Assembly (NCBI GenBank): GCA_963664815.2
Contig: CAXXHB010000003.1
Location: 3,168,001-3,232,000, forward strand
Source of the DNA: Spirochaetota bacterium
GTDB lineage: Bacteria; Spirochaetota; UBA4802; UBA5550
DNA: 64,000 nucleotides
Direction of reading: 5' to 3'
The translations under genes were made by a program, and so were the position numbers. Under the pieces are notes generated by a model that was not told the origin of the DNA, searched no databases, and saw only the letters and a list, made by a program, of their open reading frames with translations. Each line of letters starts with the position of its first letter. The stretch's first letter is position 1. Shown here piece after piece: positions 32,537 through 42,147 of the stretch.

Positions 32537-33161
32537 TATCGGGAGTCCTTTCATTAGCTATTTCTATTAAAATCTTTTTAAGATCAATACCTGTGTATTT
32601 ATATACATAATTCCAAGCCTCGTCACCAACATAATATTCTCCATTCACCGCCGAGTAAAGTGTCTTAAGAGTTTCCTGGATTTTAATAGCTTGAGCTCTT
32701 TGGGGATAATAAAACATAACCCGTATCGGCTTATAACCCTGATTTTGTATAACTTTTACCCTCGTGTGTTCTTTTGTAATATGATCTCCATCAGTTGTCG
32801 CATCTCGCCATTTTATTTCTATTGCATCATTACCATTTAAAAAGTCAATTTCAAATGTTTTTGGTCTTTGACCAATTGTATTGTTAATCTTTGTCTTTAT
32901 ACCATCAGGAAATTTATAATTAAAACATAGTGTAGCTGCTTCCCCTAAAAATGAACCAGCATATTTATATAAAAATCGACCGGTATTTTGATAAACATCA
33001 ATCAGTTTGCCTTCTTTTGATGTTATTCCAAGAACTCTATATATTAAATAATATGAATTATCATCATTATTCATCTCTTTTTTTCGTTGTTTAATTTTTT
33101 TATTGAGCTCAGATGCGTATTTTTCAGCTAATTTAATAATTTTGTTTTTTAATTCGTCCAT
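32523..33161 (-). CDS. ApaLI-like type II restriction endonuclease
   Basis: GRFLYKYAGSFL, FEID..AIEIKWRDATTDGDHITKEH; overlaps the MTase start. Confidence 0.8.
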   Translation of the reverse strand: MDELKNKIIKLAEKYASELNKKIKQRKKEMNNDDNSYYLIYRVLGITSKEGKLIDVYQNTGRFLYKYAGSFLGEAATLCFNYKFPDGIKTKINNTIGQRPKTFEIDFLNGNDAIEIKWRDATTDGDHITKEHTRVKVIQNQGYKPIRVMFYYPQRAQAIKIQETLKTLYSAVNGEYYVGDEAWNYVYKYTGIDLKKILIEIANERTPDNGNK

Positions 33162-33280
33162 ATATTTCTTCCAAATAAATATTTCTTAGCCCGGCACAGA
33201 AGCCGAGCTTCTTTAAAAGGGCATGGGGGTTGTATTTTTTCAATTATTTTTCTTCAAAAACAAAAAGATTGGCTTCCCAA

Positions 33281-33460
33281 GTCTGGTAGGTCGGGGAGTT
33301 TGCACCCCCTTTCCCCCATAAGAACCGTACGTGAAAGTTTTACCACAGGCACTTCCTCCGGTCGCCCTTCATACGGCTCAAGCAGTCTTAAGCTCTCTAT
33401 TCAACCAGCCGCTGTTATCTGTTTTTATTCCCATTTTTCTATAGTAGAAATAATCAGAAT
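33281..33460 (-). mobile_element. Short copy of the group II intron 3' fragment (DV-DVI)
   Basis: Near-identical to the starts of the 29967 and 40805 copies; ends CTACCAGAC. Confidence 0.85.
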
Positions 33461-33624
33461 AAAAGTATCCCTTCATGGTCTTTTTATAGTTCCATAATCA
33501 TAGTATTAATATATAGATAATAATCTACAACTGCTCTGGTTATCCGGTAATGACTGATACTTCAGCGGTTCAGGAATCTCTTTCACTACAAGCCTTCCGG
33601 TTTTACATGCAGTGCAGCATGAAA
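33449..33624 (-). mobile_element. IS91-family element B, degraded 3' remnant
   Basis: Homologous to 38284-38462; minus strand ..CCTACKTGRL.. Confidence 0.65.
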
Positions 33625-33731
33625 CGCGACAGCTTTTTACATCAGCTATGGTAAGGCATTATACATGTCACGGGTAAAAGTTATTGCACATCCTGTATGA
33701 AGAGTTTCATACGGCCTGGCAGGAGTCAGTA

Positions 33732-34595
33732 TTATTCTTTCGCCCCTGCTTTTTTAAGTATATCAACAATTTCAGAATAACCTTTCTCTTTCGCTATCTC
33801 TGATGCAGAATAACCCATGGCATTGTCTTTAGCATTGACGTCTGCACCTTTACTGATCAGCAGTTTTACAGCTTCAATATCTCCTGATTCTGCAGCATTA
33901 AACAGGGCGGTAAATCCATCCCTGTCTCTGGAGTTAACATTGGCTCCCCTGCTAATTAGCAGTTTAACTATTGTTATATTTACAGGATTGAACAGTCCTG
34001 ATGTGACATACATCAGGACTGTCTTGCCTTCATTATCTTTAGCATTGACATCTGCACCTTTATCCATCAGGATTTTAAAGATTTCAGTATTATCATTTTT
34101 TGAAGCGGCATACATCAGGGGATTGCATCCGTGGTCATCTTTTGCATTAACATCTGCTCCCTTGCTGACCAGGAGTTTTATAATTTCAGTGTTCCGGTAT
34201 ATTACCGAATATATTAAAGGTGTTTTACCTGAAATAGTTTTAGCATTTACATTCGCTTCATGGTTGATGAGGAGCGCGGCTATTTCTGTATTTTCTTTTT
34301 CTATAGCTACTATCAGGGGTGAGTAGCCTGAAGCTGTTTCGGGATTAATACCGGCGCCGTTACTTATAAGCAGCCTGACAATTTCTGTATTTTCTTTTTT
34401 TACAGCGAACATTACAGGTGTCCATCCGCCATCAGCTTTGTAATTGACATCCGCGCCTGCCGAGATTGTTGCCCTGACATCTTCCAGATTCCCGCTTTCT
34501 ACTGCATCAAGCAGTTTCCGATTCAGATCGTTGTTCTTCGCATATATTGCGTTTGCGGCCAGGCATATAAGAGTGATAATAAAAAAATTTTTCAT
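33732..34595 (-). CDS. Secreted ankyrin-repeat protein
   Basis: Signal peptide; repeated G.TPL..A....IVKLL.SKGADVNAKD units. Confidence 0.93.
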   Translation of the reverse strand: MKNFFIITLICLAANAIYAKNNDLNRKLLDAVESGNLEDVRATISAGADVNYKADGGWTPVMFAVKKENTEIVRLLISNGAGINPETASGYSPLIVAIEKENTEIAALLINHEANVNAKTISGKTPLIYSVIYRNTEIIKLLVSKGADVNAKDDHGCNPLMYAASKNDNTEIFKILMDKGADVNAKDNEGKTVLMYVTSGLFNPVNITIVKLLISRGANVNSRDRDGFTALFNAAESGDIEAVKLLISKGADVNAKDNAMGYSASEIAKEKGYSEIVDILKKAGAKE

Positions 34596-34850
34596 AAACG
34601 GAGTCCTCCGTATATCATCGGGTACATAACGGGGTTTGTATTATAAATCCGGTATTATTCATTCGGCATTTCATTCATTTCAAGTATTGTTTTCCAGTTT
34701 CTTGCTGTAGATATAGGGCTTAACTTTTTTTCTATATAAGTACCGATGAATTCGGACCTTACTGCTCCATCTTGATAATATATGCAGCCGACAATCATAG
34801 TCCGGCTGCAAGCACTTCTTGTAACCTGTTTTATATATTTAACTGCATAG

Positions 34851-35404
34851 CTAAAAAGCCCTGATAGCCCTGACCCATCCATCATCACATTCGTTTATCA
34901 TAGCGCCGCTCTGAACTCCGGTACTAAAATACTGGCCTATCGCGTAATTGTAACCATCATCAGTCGAGCTCCAATAGAATTCTTCGCTAAGTCCTCCGAC
35001 TTTTGCTTTTTCAAATTTAAATACATTAAATTAAGTTCATCTTTCGATGGCAAAAACCAGTCATTTTTCCCACCTCCGCGATAATCGGCACATAGCCTTG
35101 CCGCTGAATTAACTGTGCCGCAGTTTTGTAATGCAGACCGGGTATTGCTTTTTCCTGTCCCTATTGCTGTTCCATTAGCGCCGGATTTAGCGTCACCGGA
35201 ACAACCCCATATTGTATGTTTACTCTGGTCTTCAGGTGCAGCTTCCAAATAACGCCATCCATCGGTATATTTACCCTTGTCATAAAATATCCAGCCGCCG
35301 GCGGAGCCTTTACTCCTGAGTTTATATACTTTTTCCCCTGCACAAATATCAGAATAAAAAAACAGCATCAACATTAAAGGTATAAACATCAAAAACCTTT
35401 TCAT
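34851..35404 (-). pseudogene. Lcl/DUF1566-like C-type-lectin-fold protein, frameshifted near 35005
   Basis: AGGWIFYDKG..WRYLEAAP..DWFLPSKDELNLMY, then shifted frame VGGLSEEFYWSST..VRAIRAF*. Confidence 0.8.
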
Positions 35405-35664
35405 AATACTCTCCGGATTCTTTATAATGAGAATATGAAACATTGAATTTAAAAAAATTTCAAGTTTTTTCTTTCTCATTCCAGCAAAAAAGAAAGTTAC
35501 AACATCCAACTCCTTTAGCAGTCATATTAACTTATATATCAAGTAAACTTCGATAAATCACAGAAAGTAAATACGAAACTCGCTGGAGTTAACGGGACAG
35601 ATTAGAACTTATCGGTAGATCGAATCAGTAATCTTCTTGATAAAAAGTATTCAATACGCCCTTT

Positions 35665-35800
35665 TTAAATTAAATCAAGGAACCTTCTGAACTTGATGTC
35701 CGAATCGCTGGTATGCTTCATCAACCAGTCATATAGGAAATCGAGCAACTCAAAGGAGACGACCAGCCCCCCTTCATCGAACTGGCTCTTCAGTTTCACC
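35665..35800 (-). pseudogene. Hemerythrin-like C-terminal fragment
   Basis: ELLDFLYDWLMKHTSDSDIKF matches the W..HI...D hemerythrin end; cut at IS91-A remnant. Confidence 0.55.
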
Positions 35801-35802
35801 AA

Positions 35803-36222
35803 AAAGGACACATTCATTATATCCATGGCCTGACCGCTTACGGTTAGCTGTTATAATGAAGTTTAGCTGTACTGCACAGATTTTAAAAACTGTTTCATAG
35901 AGAGGATAAGTATGTCCGGAGCATTTGAGATTTTTCATAAAATCGCCATTCACAGTCTATCAGATAACTGTAAAAATAATTATTTTACTGGATTATTATT
36001 TCCCCTGGTAAAATCACCGGATTTTTACTGTATGTTATTTCAAAGATCGGGATAAAACGGTATTCAAATTCCTATATATACTGTTCGATCCCAGTGGTTT
36101 CGTCCAACAGAGTCTTAACATAGCTGCTGTCTGAAGATTGAAATTATCTGTTTAATGTTTTTATACTGCTAATAAATATTAGCGGTTTTTTTGAGGCAAC
36201 TACGTTAAGACTTCTATAAGTT
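35803..36222 (+). mobile_element. IS91-family element A, 3'-end remnant with hairpin (36102-36226)
   Basis: KGHIHYIHGL tail; GGTATTCAAATTCCTATA; GTCCAAC hairpin ending CTATAA|GTT. Confidence 0.85.
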
Positions 36223-36273
36223 AAATGCTGTTGCCAAGGTTATAAAAAAGTAGAATCCTATATTGTTTATCAA

Positions 36274-36918
36274 TTATTTTCTATATTTTTTTAATAATTC
36301 ACTTTTCTTTTCAGTCGGTAAAACTTGTTTCGTAGGTATTTTAATTTCATTAAAAACGGTTTCTAGTTGTCCACCAGACTTAATTGTTTTCTGATATATC
36401 ATTTCAGTAGCGGATTTATTATTTTCAATAACATATACTATTTTTTCATAATCTTTAGAACTTGCTGCAGCAATTCCGCCTCCCGCTCCTCCTAATAAAA
36501 GAAGTGCATAATTAGTTTTTTCAGAACTCGAATCATAAAATGCAGTAATGTCACCTAAGTAAACTTTTTTACCACCACCATTATTTTCAAAGTTAATTCT
36601 TTTATCATTTTCAAAAAAAAACAATTTTGAATTAAAACCATTTTTACAGGCAATACGTGATAAATAGTTTTTACCGATTTTACCTTTCCCAACAAAAAAA
36701 CCGTTTTCATCTATATTCATAAAAGATTTTTGACTGTTCTGCTCATCCATGAAGATAAGATTACAACTTCTTGTTACATCCTCACCATCTATGAAAATAT
36801 GAAAAGTACCATAAAAAACTCCAGTTCCATTTTCAATTTCTAGATCATTAAAATTTTTCGTAGTAGTAGCACAACCTGTTATTAAAATACTTAATAGCAT
36901 GGTAAAAATAATTTTCAT
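36274..36918 (-). CDS. Lipoprotein (cassette)
   Basis: Lipobox LITGC; flanked by GTTAAATGCTGTTGCCA / TGGCAATTGCATTTAAC. Confidence 0.8.
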   Translation of the reverse strand: MKIIFTMLLSILITGCATTTKNFNDLEIENGTGVFYGTFHIFIDGEDVTRSCNLIFMDEQNSQKSFMNIDENGFFVGKGKIGKNYLSRIACKNGFNSKLFFFENDKRINFENNGGGKKVYLGDITAFYDSSSEKTNYALLLLGGAGGGIAAASSKDYEKIVYVIENNKSATEMIYQKTIKSGGQLETVFNEIKIPTKQVLPTEKKSELLKKYRK

Positions 36919-36980
36919 TTTTAATCTCCAAATGTTTAATTCTAATGTATATATTTTTCTAAAAAAAATATGGCAATTGC

Positions 36981-37180
36981 ATTTAACGGCCAGGCTAACT
37001 GACGTTGGCGATCAGCCAATGTGCTGACCTGAAAATCTACAAAACCCTGACACATCATATTCAAAAACACAACTCAAATGTCCAGGCTACAAACATGGAA
37101 GCCAAGCACGGATGCTATTCCGTTCCTTTGAAAATCAAAAAGTTCATTCAGCCGTGCGCCGCTGTTAGCCGGTGTTATCG
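36981..37180. other. Long attC-like site between two cassettes
   Basis: ATTTAAC-GGCCA-GGCTAAC ... GTTAGCC-GGT-GTTATCG; internal GACGTTGGC..GCCAATGTG resembles the intron-hit site. Confidence 0.65.
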
Positions 37181-37251
37181 GCTGTAGCAACAACCACTAA
37201 TATTTTATTTTGCCCTCGTTCACGGACGAATGAGGGCAGGTCACAGGTTAA

Positions 37252-37968
37252 TCATTCAATTAATTCAAAGCTTTTAAATAAATATTCTTTTGAATCTTTT
37301 TTGTAATACATTTTAAAATCAATCAGGCAACCTTTTACAATATCAAAATGTGAAGTTACATGCAATCCCAGTAAATTATAACCATCAATATATGCAATAT
37401 TTGAAGTTATACTTTTTAATGTATAATTGATTAATATTTTATCAGGTTTTCCTTCATTGTCATATTCAAAGATATTATTCCATGATTCACCTATAGAAAT
37501 CTCTTTCTCCGAGAAATAAATTGGGATGATAATAGGGTTACCGTTTGGGACATTTTTGCGTTTAAACCTAAATAAGTTGAAGCCAAAAATGCAATTACTA
37601 TATACATAGTCACTTTCATTTTTAATAAACTCACCAGATGGCTTGATACGATTTTCAATTTCACTGCCCACCGTATAAAAATATCCCGGATATGATAATG
37701 GATTACAGCATGACTTCTTATCAAAGATTGTAAGGGTGTATGATAACTTCAAAATATCATTATCATTTTCTTTTATAGATATTTTTACAATACTTAAATC
37801 AGAATAAATTCCTGTTAATTGTTTTACTAATGCATTTTCTGGAAATGACTGAAGTTGTATTTTATATTTCAAAACTTCATTAGGCTTGAAAACCAAGGTT
37901 ACTTTATCAGAAGTATATCCTTGTGAAACGATTGACATAGCGAATATTAGAGTAAGAATTTTTTTCAT
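37252..37968 (-). CDS. Secreted hypothetical protein (cassette)
   Basis: Signal peptide; flanked by GTTATCGGCTGTAGCAACAA / TTGTTGCCATTGCCGATAAC. Confidence 0.75.
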   Translation of the reverse strand: MKKILTLIFAMSIVSQGYTSDKVTLVFKPNEVLKYKIQLQSFPENALVKQLTGIYSDLSIVKISIKENDNDILKLSYTLTIFDKKSCCNPLSYPGYFYTVGSEIENRIKPSGEFIKNESDYVYSNCIFGFNLFRFKRKNVPNGNPIIIPIYFSEKEISIGESWNNIFEYDNEGKPDKILINYTLKSITSNIAYIDGYNLLGLHVTSHFDIVKGCLIDFKMYYKKDSKEYLFKSFELIE

Positions 37969-38032
37969 AAAATATATTTATCCTTATTTACTCGGCCACG
38001 GATGGCCGACCACAAAGTTTTGTTGCCATTGC

Positions 38033-38095
38033 CGATAACGTTAAGAAGAGTATCTTAATCAATCTTCTCCGATTGAGATACTCTTCAAGTTGGAC
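38033..38095. other. Short attC-like hairpin linked to the IS91-B end
   Basis: CGATAAC..GAAGAGTATCTTAATC / GATTGAGATACTCTTC..GTTGGAC. Confidence 0.7.
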
Positions 38096-38617
38096 AGAAC
38101 CGCCTGAGCAACAGCCCGATATAATATTAATGGATTTTAAATTACCGGATTTATAATTGCAAGAATAATTCGTATGTAGAAATTTGAATAAATAAACAAT
38201 TGCTTCTTTATAACAACCAATATATCTGCTTTTAAAATATACTGTTAAACGATACTTTCCGGAATAAATTATAAGTATTTCTTAATAATCAGAATAAAAG
38301 TATCCCTTCATGGTCTTCCTACAGCCACCACAATCATAATACATCAATATGCAGATAATAATATACAACCGCTCTGGTTCGCTGGAGGTGAACGATACCT
38401 CACCGGTTCAAGAATCTCTTTTACAATAAGCCTTCCGGTTTTGCATGCAGGGCAGCATGAAAGATTTTTACCTGTGACACGCAGATAGATTTCACTCCAT
38501 GTCTGCGGTATACTTTCATTCTTCTTTTGAATTTCGTAAAACTCGCGGCATGCCTCAACAGCCTACTTTTTGTTTCTGTGTGATAGAATTACAAAGTATC
38601 TGATGCGGACTCAAAGC
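38089..38617 (-). mobile_element. IS91-family element B, 3' remnant with end region
   Basis: Minus strand VRIRYFVILSHRNKK..TGKNLSCCPACKTGRL..RSPP; later GGTAATTTAAAATCCATTAA and GCGGTTCTGTCCAAC. Confidence 0.75.
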
Positions 38618-38649
38618 TGGAGTTGTCAGCTTTAACTGATTTTTTACAC

Positions 38650-38875
38650 AAAACCGGCAAAATTATATCGGGATAGATCAATTTTATTTTTCCACGACCC
38701 AGTGAATCGTATATTCCAGTGTTCCCGGGATGATTTGCTTTGTAAAATCAACCGGAATCATTATACCCTGCTCACATGAATATTGTTTATACCGTGCCAT
38801 GGATGCCTCCAATGGCTTTATTCACAGCATAACTATTATGTAATTGCAATCAATTTATACTTTTTTTACAATCTC
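38650..38875 (-). mobile_element. IS1182-family left end and transposase N-terminus
   Basis: ATG at 38800: MARYKQYSCEQGIMIPVDFTKQIIPGTLEYTIHWVVE; terminal GAGATTGTAAAAAAA. Confidence 0.75.
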
Positions 38876-39123
38876 GTTATATGAAAGCGCTTAACAACGA
38901 CCAGTCGCAGCAATACACGGATGTATTGCTGCGTTCCGACGAAACAGATTATATCTCAGAACATGAGCAATCATATTTTAATATTTTGCAGTATCAGTAT
39001 AAGTCAATAAAATAATTGACATATGCTTATAAAGAGTAATTATTTGAATATTCGATGAAACGAGTAGAGGAGATTCATTCATTCTAAAATATTTATCTTA
39101 TATTAAAAAAGGAGACATATATT

Positions 39124-39696
39124 ATGAAGAAAAATGTTTCATCAGCAGTTTTAGTAATGGTTCTGTTAATGTTTGCAGGAACAGGAGTTTTATTTGTAAG
39201 CGAAAGTAACGCGAAGAGTAAGACATACAGAATAGGAGATAAAGGCCCTGCAGGAGGCTGGATATTTTATGATAAAGGGAATTCTTCTGATGGATGGCGG
39301 TATTTAGAAGCCGCACCAAATGATCAGAGCGCTGAATCAGCGTGGGGCTGTTATGAAAAATCAATTCCCGGTGCGCAAGGAACAGCTATTGGAACGGGAA
39401 AAACCAATACTGCAGTAATAATTGGAAGCTGCGATGAATCAGGAATAGCAGCTAAAGTCGCAGCTGATTATCGTGGCGGAGGAAAAAGCGACTGGTTTTT
39501 ACCATCTGATGATGAACTGAATCTGATGTATCATAATTTGCATATAAAAGGAATTGGCGGTTTCGCCGAAGGCGACTATTGGAGTTCGTCTGAGGGCCCT
39601 GCGGACGGCGCGGCGAAACAGAATTTCATCGCTGGCGGTCATGACTACTACAATAAGGTCATGACGTTAAGGGTTAGGGCTGTCCGGGCTTTTTAA
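39124..39696 (+). CDS. Exported Lcl/DUF1566-like C-type-lectin-fold protein, candidate DGR target
   Basis: YRIGDKGPAGGWIFYDKG, DWFLPS.DEL, YWSSSE...VRAVRAF*; AGGAG RBS. Confidence 0.85.
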   Translation: MKKNVSSAVLVMVLLMFAGTGVLFVSESNAKSKTYRIGDKGPAGGWIFYDKGNSSDGWRYLEAAPNDQSAESAWGCYEKSIPGAQGTAIGTGKTNTAVIIGSCDESGIAAKVAADYRGGGKSDWFLPSDDELNLMYHNLHIKGIGGFAEGDYWSSSEGPADGAAKQNFIAGGHDYYNKVMTLRVRAVRAF

Positions 39697-39711
39697 CAAT
39701 TTTTCACAGGG

Positions 39712-39900
39712 CAACCGCTCTGGTTCGCCGGAGGTGAACGATACCTCACCGGTTCAGGATTCTCTTTCACTACAAGCCTTCCGGTTTTGCATGCAGGGCA
39801 GCATGAAAGATTTTTACCTGTGATACGCAGATAGATTTCACTCCATGTCTGCGGTATACTTTCATTCTTCTTTTGAATTTCGTAAAACTCGCGGCATGCC
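39712..39900 (-). mobile_element. IS91-family element B, transposase C-terminal remnant
   Basis: Near-identical to 38366-38554; ACREFYE..CCPACKTGRL..RSPP. Confidence 0.75.
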
Positions 39901-39904
39901 TATC

Positions 39905-40208
39905 ACCATTCTGAGGATAGAACCCTTATTTGATATACAAATTAAGCGGCAATTTTAAATCGGTGGTGACATCTATCATCGTGGACTGGAAAAGGTTAAC
40001 ACAATCTAGGCTCTTATCTGTATTGCTCATAATTTCCGGAAGCCCGCCCGGTTGGAATACGGATTATAATTAAATAAAGTAAAATATTCCCGAAGACACA
40101 CAATCTTCGGGATACATACAGGATTGTCAAAATAAAAGCAGAGGGTATTCAGCCGATATTATTTTAGAGTACTCAATTTTTTTAATAAGCTACTTTTGCG
40201 ACAGACTC
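39905..40208 (+). mobile_element. IS1182-family C-terminal remnant and right end
   Basis: RIEPLF..HRGLEKVNT..ALICIAHNFRK; terminal TTTTGCGACAGACTC. Confidence 0.65.
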
Positions 40209-40240
40209 GTTTGTTGTGTGCAGTATCGCGGTTTACACAT

Positions 40241-40777
40241 TCATTTATCAATTACAAATGTAACTTCTTGAAATGTTCCAGGCCGTGGTACAATTGGAGG
40301 AAATATACATCCAGGTATGCATGCAATTGTTTTTTTTATCGCTTTACTATCATCAAGTTTTAGTTTTATTGTTTCATCCTGTTTAATCTTCAAATGTAGC
40401 ATTCGAATTGAACCAATTCCAGGGTTTTGCGAAGTACCGTACGTATCAGCCTGTCCAGTTGCCGCATGTAGGATATATTCTATTTTTAAATCACCAACTG
40501 GTACTGGAAATTTATATTTAAAATCATCTTTTTTATAAATCTTTTTATCATTTTGATCAAAATAATGATTACCAAAAGTTCCATAAAAATATTCTTCATC
40601 ATTCACAATAAATTTACAAGACCAGTGATCAATATATTTATAATAATTGAAGTCTAATACTATATAACCATGCGCAGATAATAAAATTGAATTTTCTTTT
40701 TCTTTAATCTGTCGTGATGGTGTACACGATGTAATAAAAAATAGGATAAGTATAATTATTGATATATGTTTTTGCAT
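40241..40777 (-). CDS. Lipoprotein (cassette)
   Basis: Lipobox FITSC; cassette edge GTTGTGTGCAGTATCGC at 40213, partial mirror GCGATA at 40799-40804. Confidence 0.78.
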   Translation of the reverse strand: MQKHISIIILILFFITSCTPSRQIKEKENSILLSAHGYIVLDFNYYKYIDHWSCKFIVNDEEYFYGTFGNHYFDQNDKKIYKKDDFKYKFPVPVGDLKIEYILHAATGQADTYGTSQNPGIGSIRMLHLKIKQDETIKLKLDDSKAIKKTIACIPGCIFPPIVPRPGTFQEVTFVIDK

Positions 40778-40804
40778 TTACTAACTCCTAAAGTTTTAGC
40801 GATA

Positions 40805-41197
40805 GTCTGGCAGGTCGGGGAGTTTGCACCCACTTTCCCCCATAAGAACCGTACGTGAAAGTTTTACCACAGGCACTTCCTCCGGTCGCCCTTCATACGG
40901 CTCAAGCCGTCTAAAGCTGATTATACAACCAGCCGCTGTTATCTGTTTGTATTCCCATTTTTCTATAGTAGAAATAATCAGAATCTTCTTTTAAAAATGG
41001 GTTCCTGTCAAGACTTATCATTCTGTGTCGTACAATTTTAATGTGTCCCGCAGTAATGAGAATCTCCTCATCAGAGCAGAAAGTTTAAGTACTGGTTTTT
41101 AAGTCATAAAGAATTTTTCATCGGGTGTCTGAATCTGCCCCATATCCATAGAGCCTGAAAAAGAACAGTATCGAGTTTTAAAGGCTACCTTTGACAT
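40805..41197 (-). mobile_element. 3' fragment of the second group II intron (copy of 29967-30359)
   Basis: Same domain X, DV and DVI sequence and same junction CTTTGACAT|TCATGAAA. Confidence 0.85.
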
Positions 41198-42147
41198 TCA
41201 TGAAAATGCTTTTATTCCACCTCGGCAAAGAACTTAAAAACGGTTCTTTAAAGACACCTGACGGCATTGAAAATATTGCAAAGCTTTTTAATCAGCTTGC
41301 GCATATTCCATGGGTTGTAAACTCCCAGCCTCCCGGCAAAGGTAAAAAGAAACCGGTAAACATAGTCCGCTATCTTTCGAGATACGTTGCTAAAAGTGCA
41401 GTCAGTGATAAACGGATACAGAAAGCGGAGAATGGAAATGTTTACATCCGCTATTACAATAGAAAAAGGAAGCAAAGTAAAATTGAGGTTGTTACAGAGA
41501 TTCAATTCATGAAACGTCTGGCACTGCATATTCTTCCTAAAGGATTTAAAAAAGTCCGGTTCTTCGGTTTTATGGCAAACCATAACAGGGCAAACAATCT
41601 TGCCCTTTGCCGGATGTTTCTTGGTCAGCCTCTGGCAGAACAGTATGAGCAGAGCAAAGAGCTTCCTGATGATACGGCTTTCCTGTTCTGGAAATATTTC
41701 AGGATTGATATAACTCTCTGCAGGGAGTGCGGAAGAGGACACATTCATTATATCCATGGCCTGTCGACTTAAGGTTAGCTGTTATAAAGAGTATATCCGC
41801 ACAGATTTAAAAAACTGTTTCATAGAGAGGATAAGTATGCCCGGAGCTTTTGAGATTTTGCATAAAATCGCCATTCACAGTCTATCAGATAACTGTAGAA
41901 ATAATTATTTTACGGGATTATTATTTTTTCCGGTAAAATCACCGGATTTTTATTGTATGTTATTTCAAAGATCGGGAGAAAACGGTATTCAAATTCCTAT
42001 ATATACTGTTCGATCCCAGTGGTTTCGTCCAACAGAGTCTTAACATAGTTGTTGTCTGAAGATTAAAATTATCTGTTTAATGTTTTTATACCGCTAATAA
42101 AGATAAGCGGTTTTTTTGAGGCAACTACGTTAAGACTTCTATAAGTT
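41198..42147 (+). mobile_element. IS91-family element A, 3' half of transposase, oriIS-like end and hairpin (42027-42151)
   Basis: WVVNSQPP..VRYLSRYV..LHILPKGFKKVRFFGFMAN..CREC; GGTATTCAAATTCCTATA; hairpin ends CTATAA|GTT. Confidence 0.88.
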
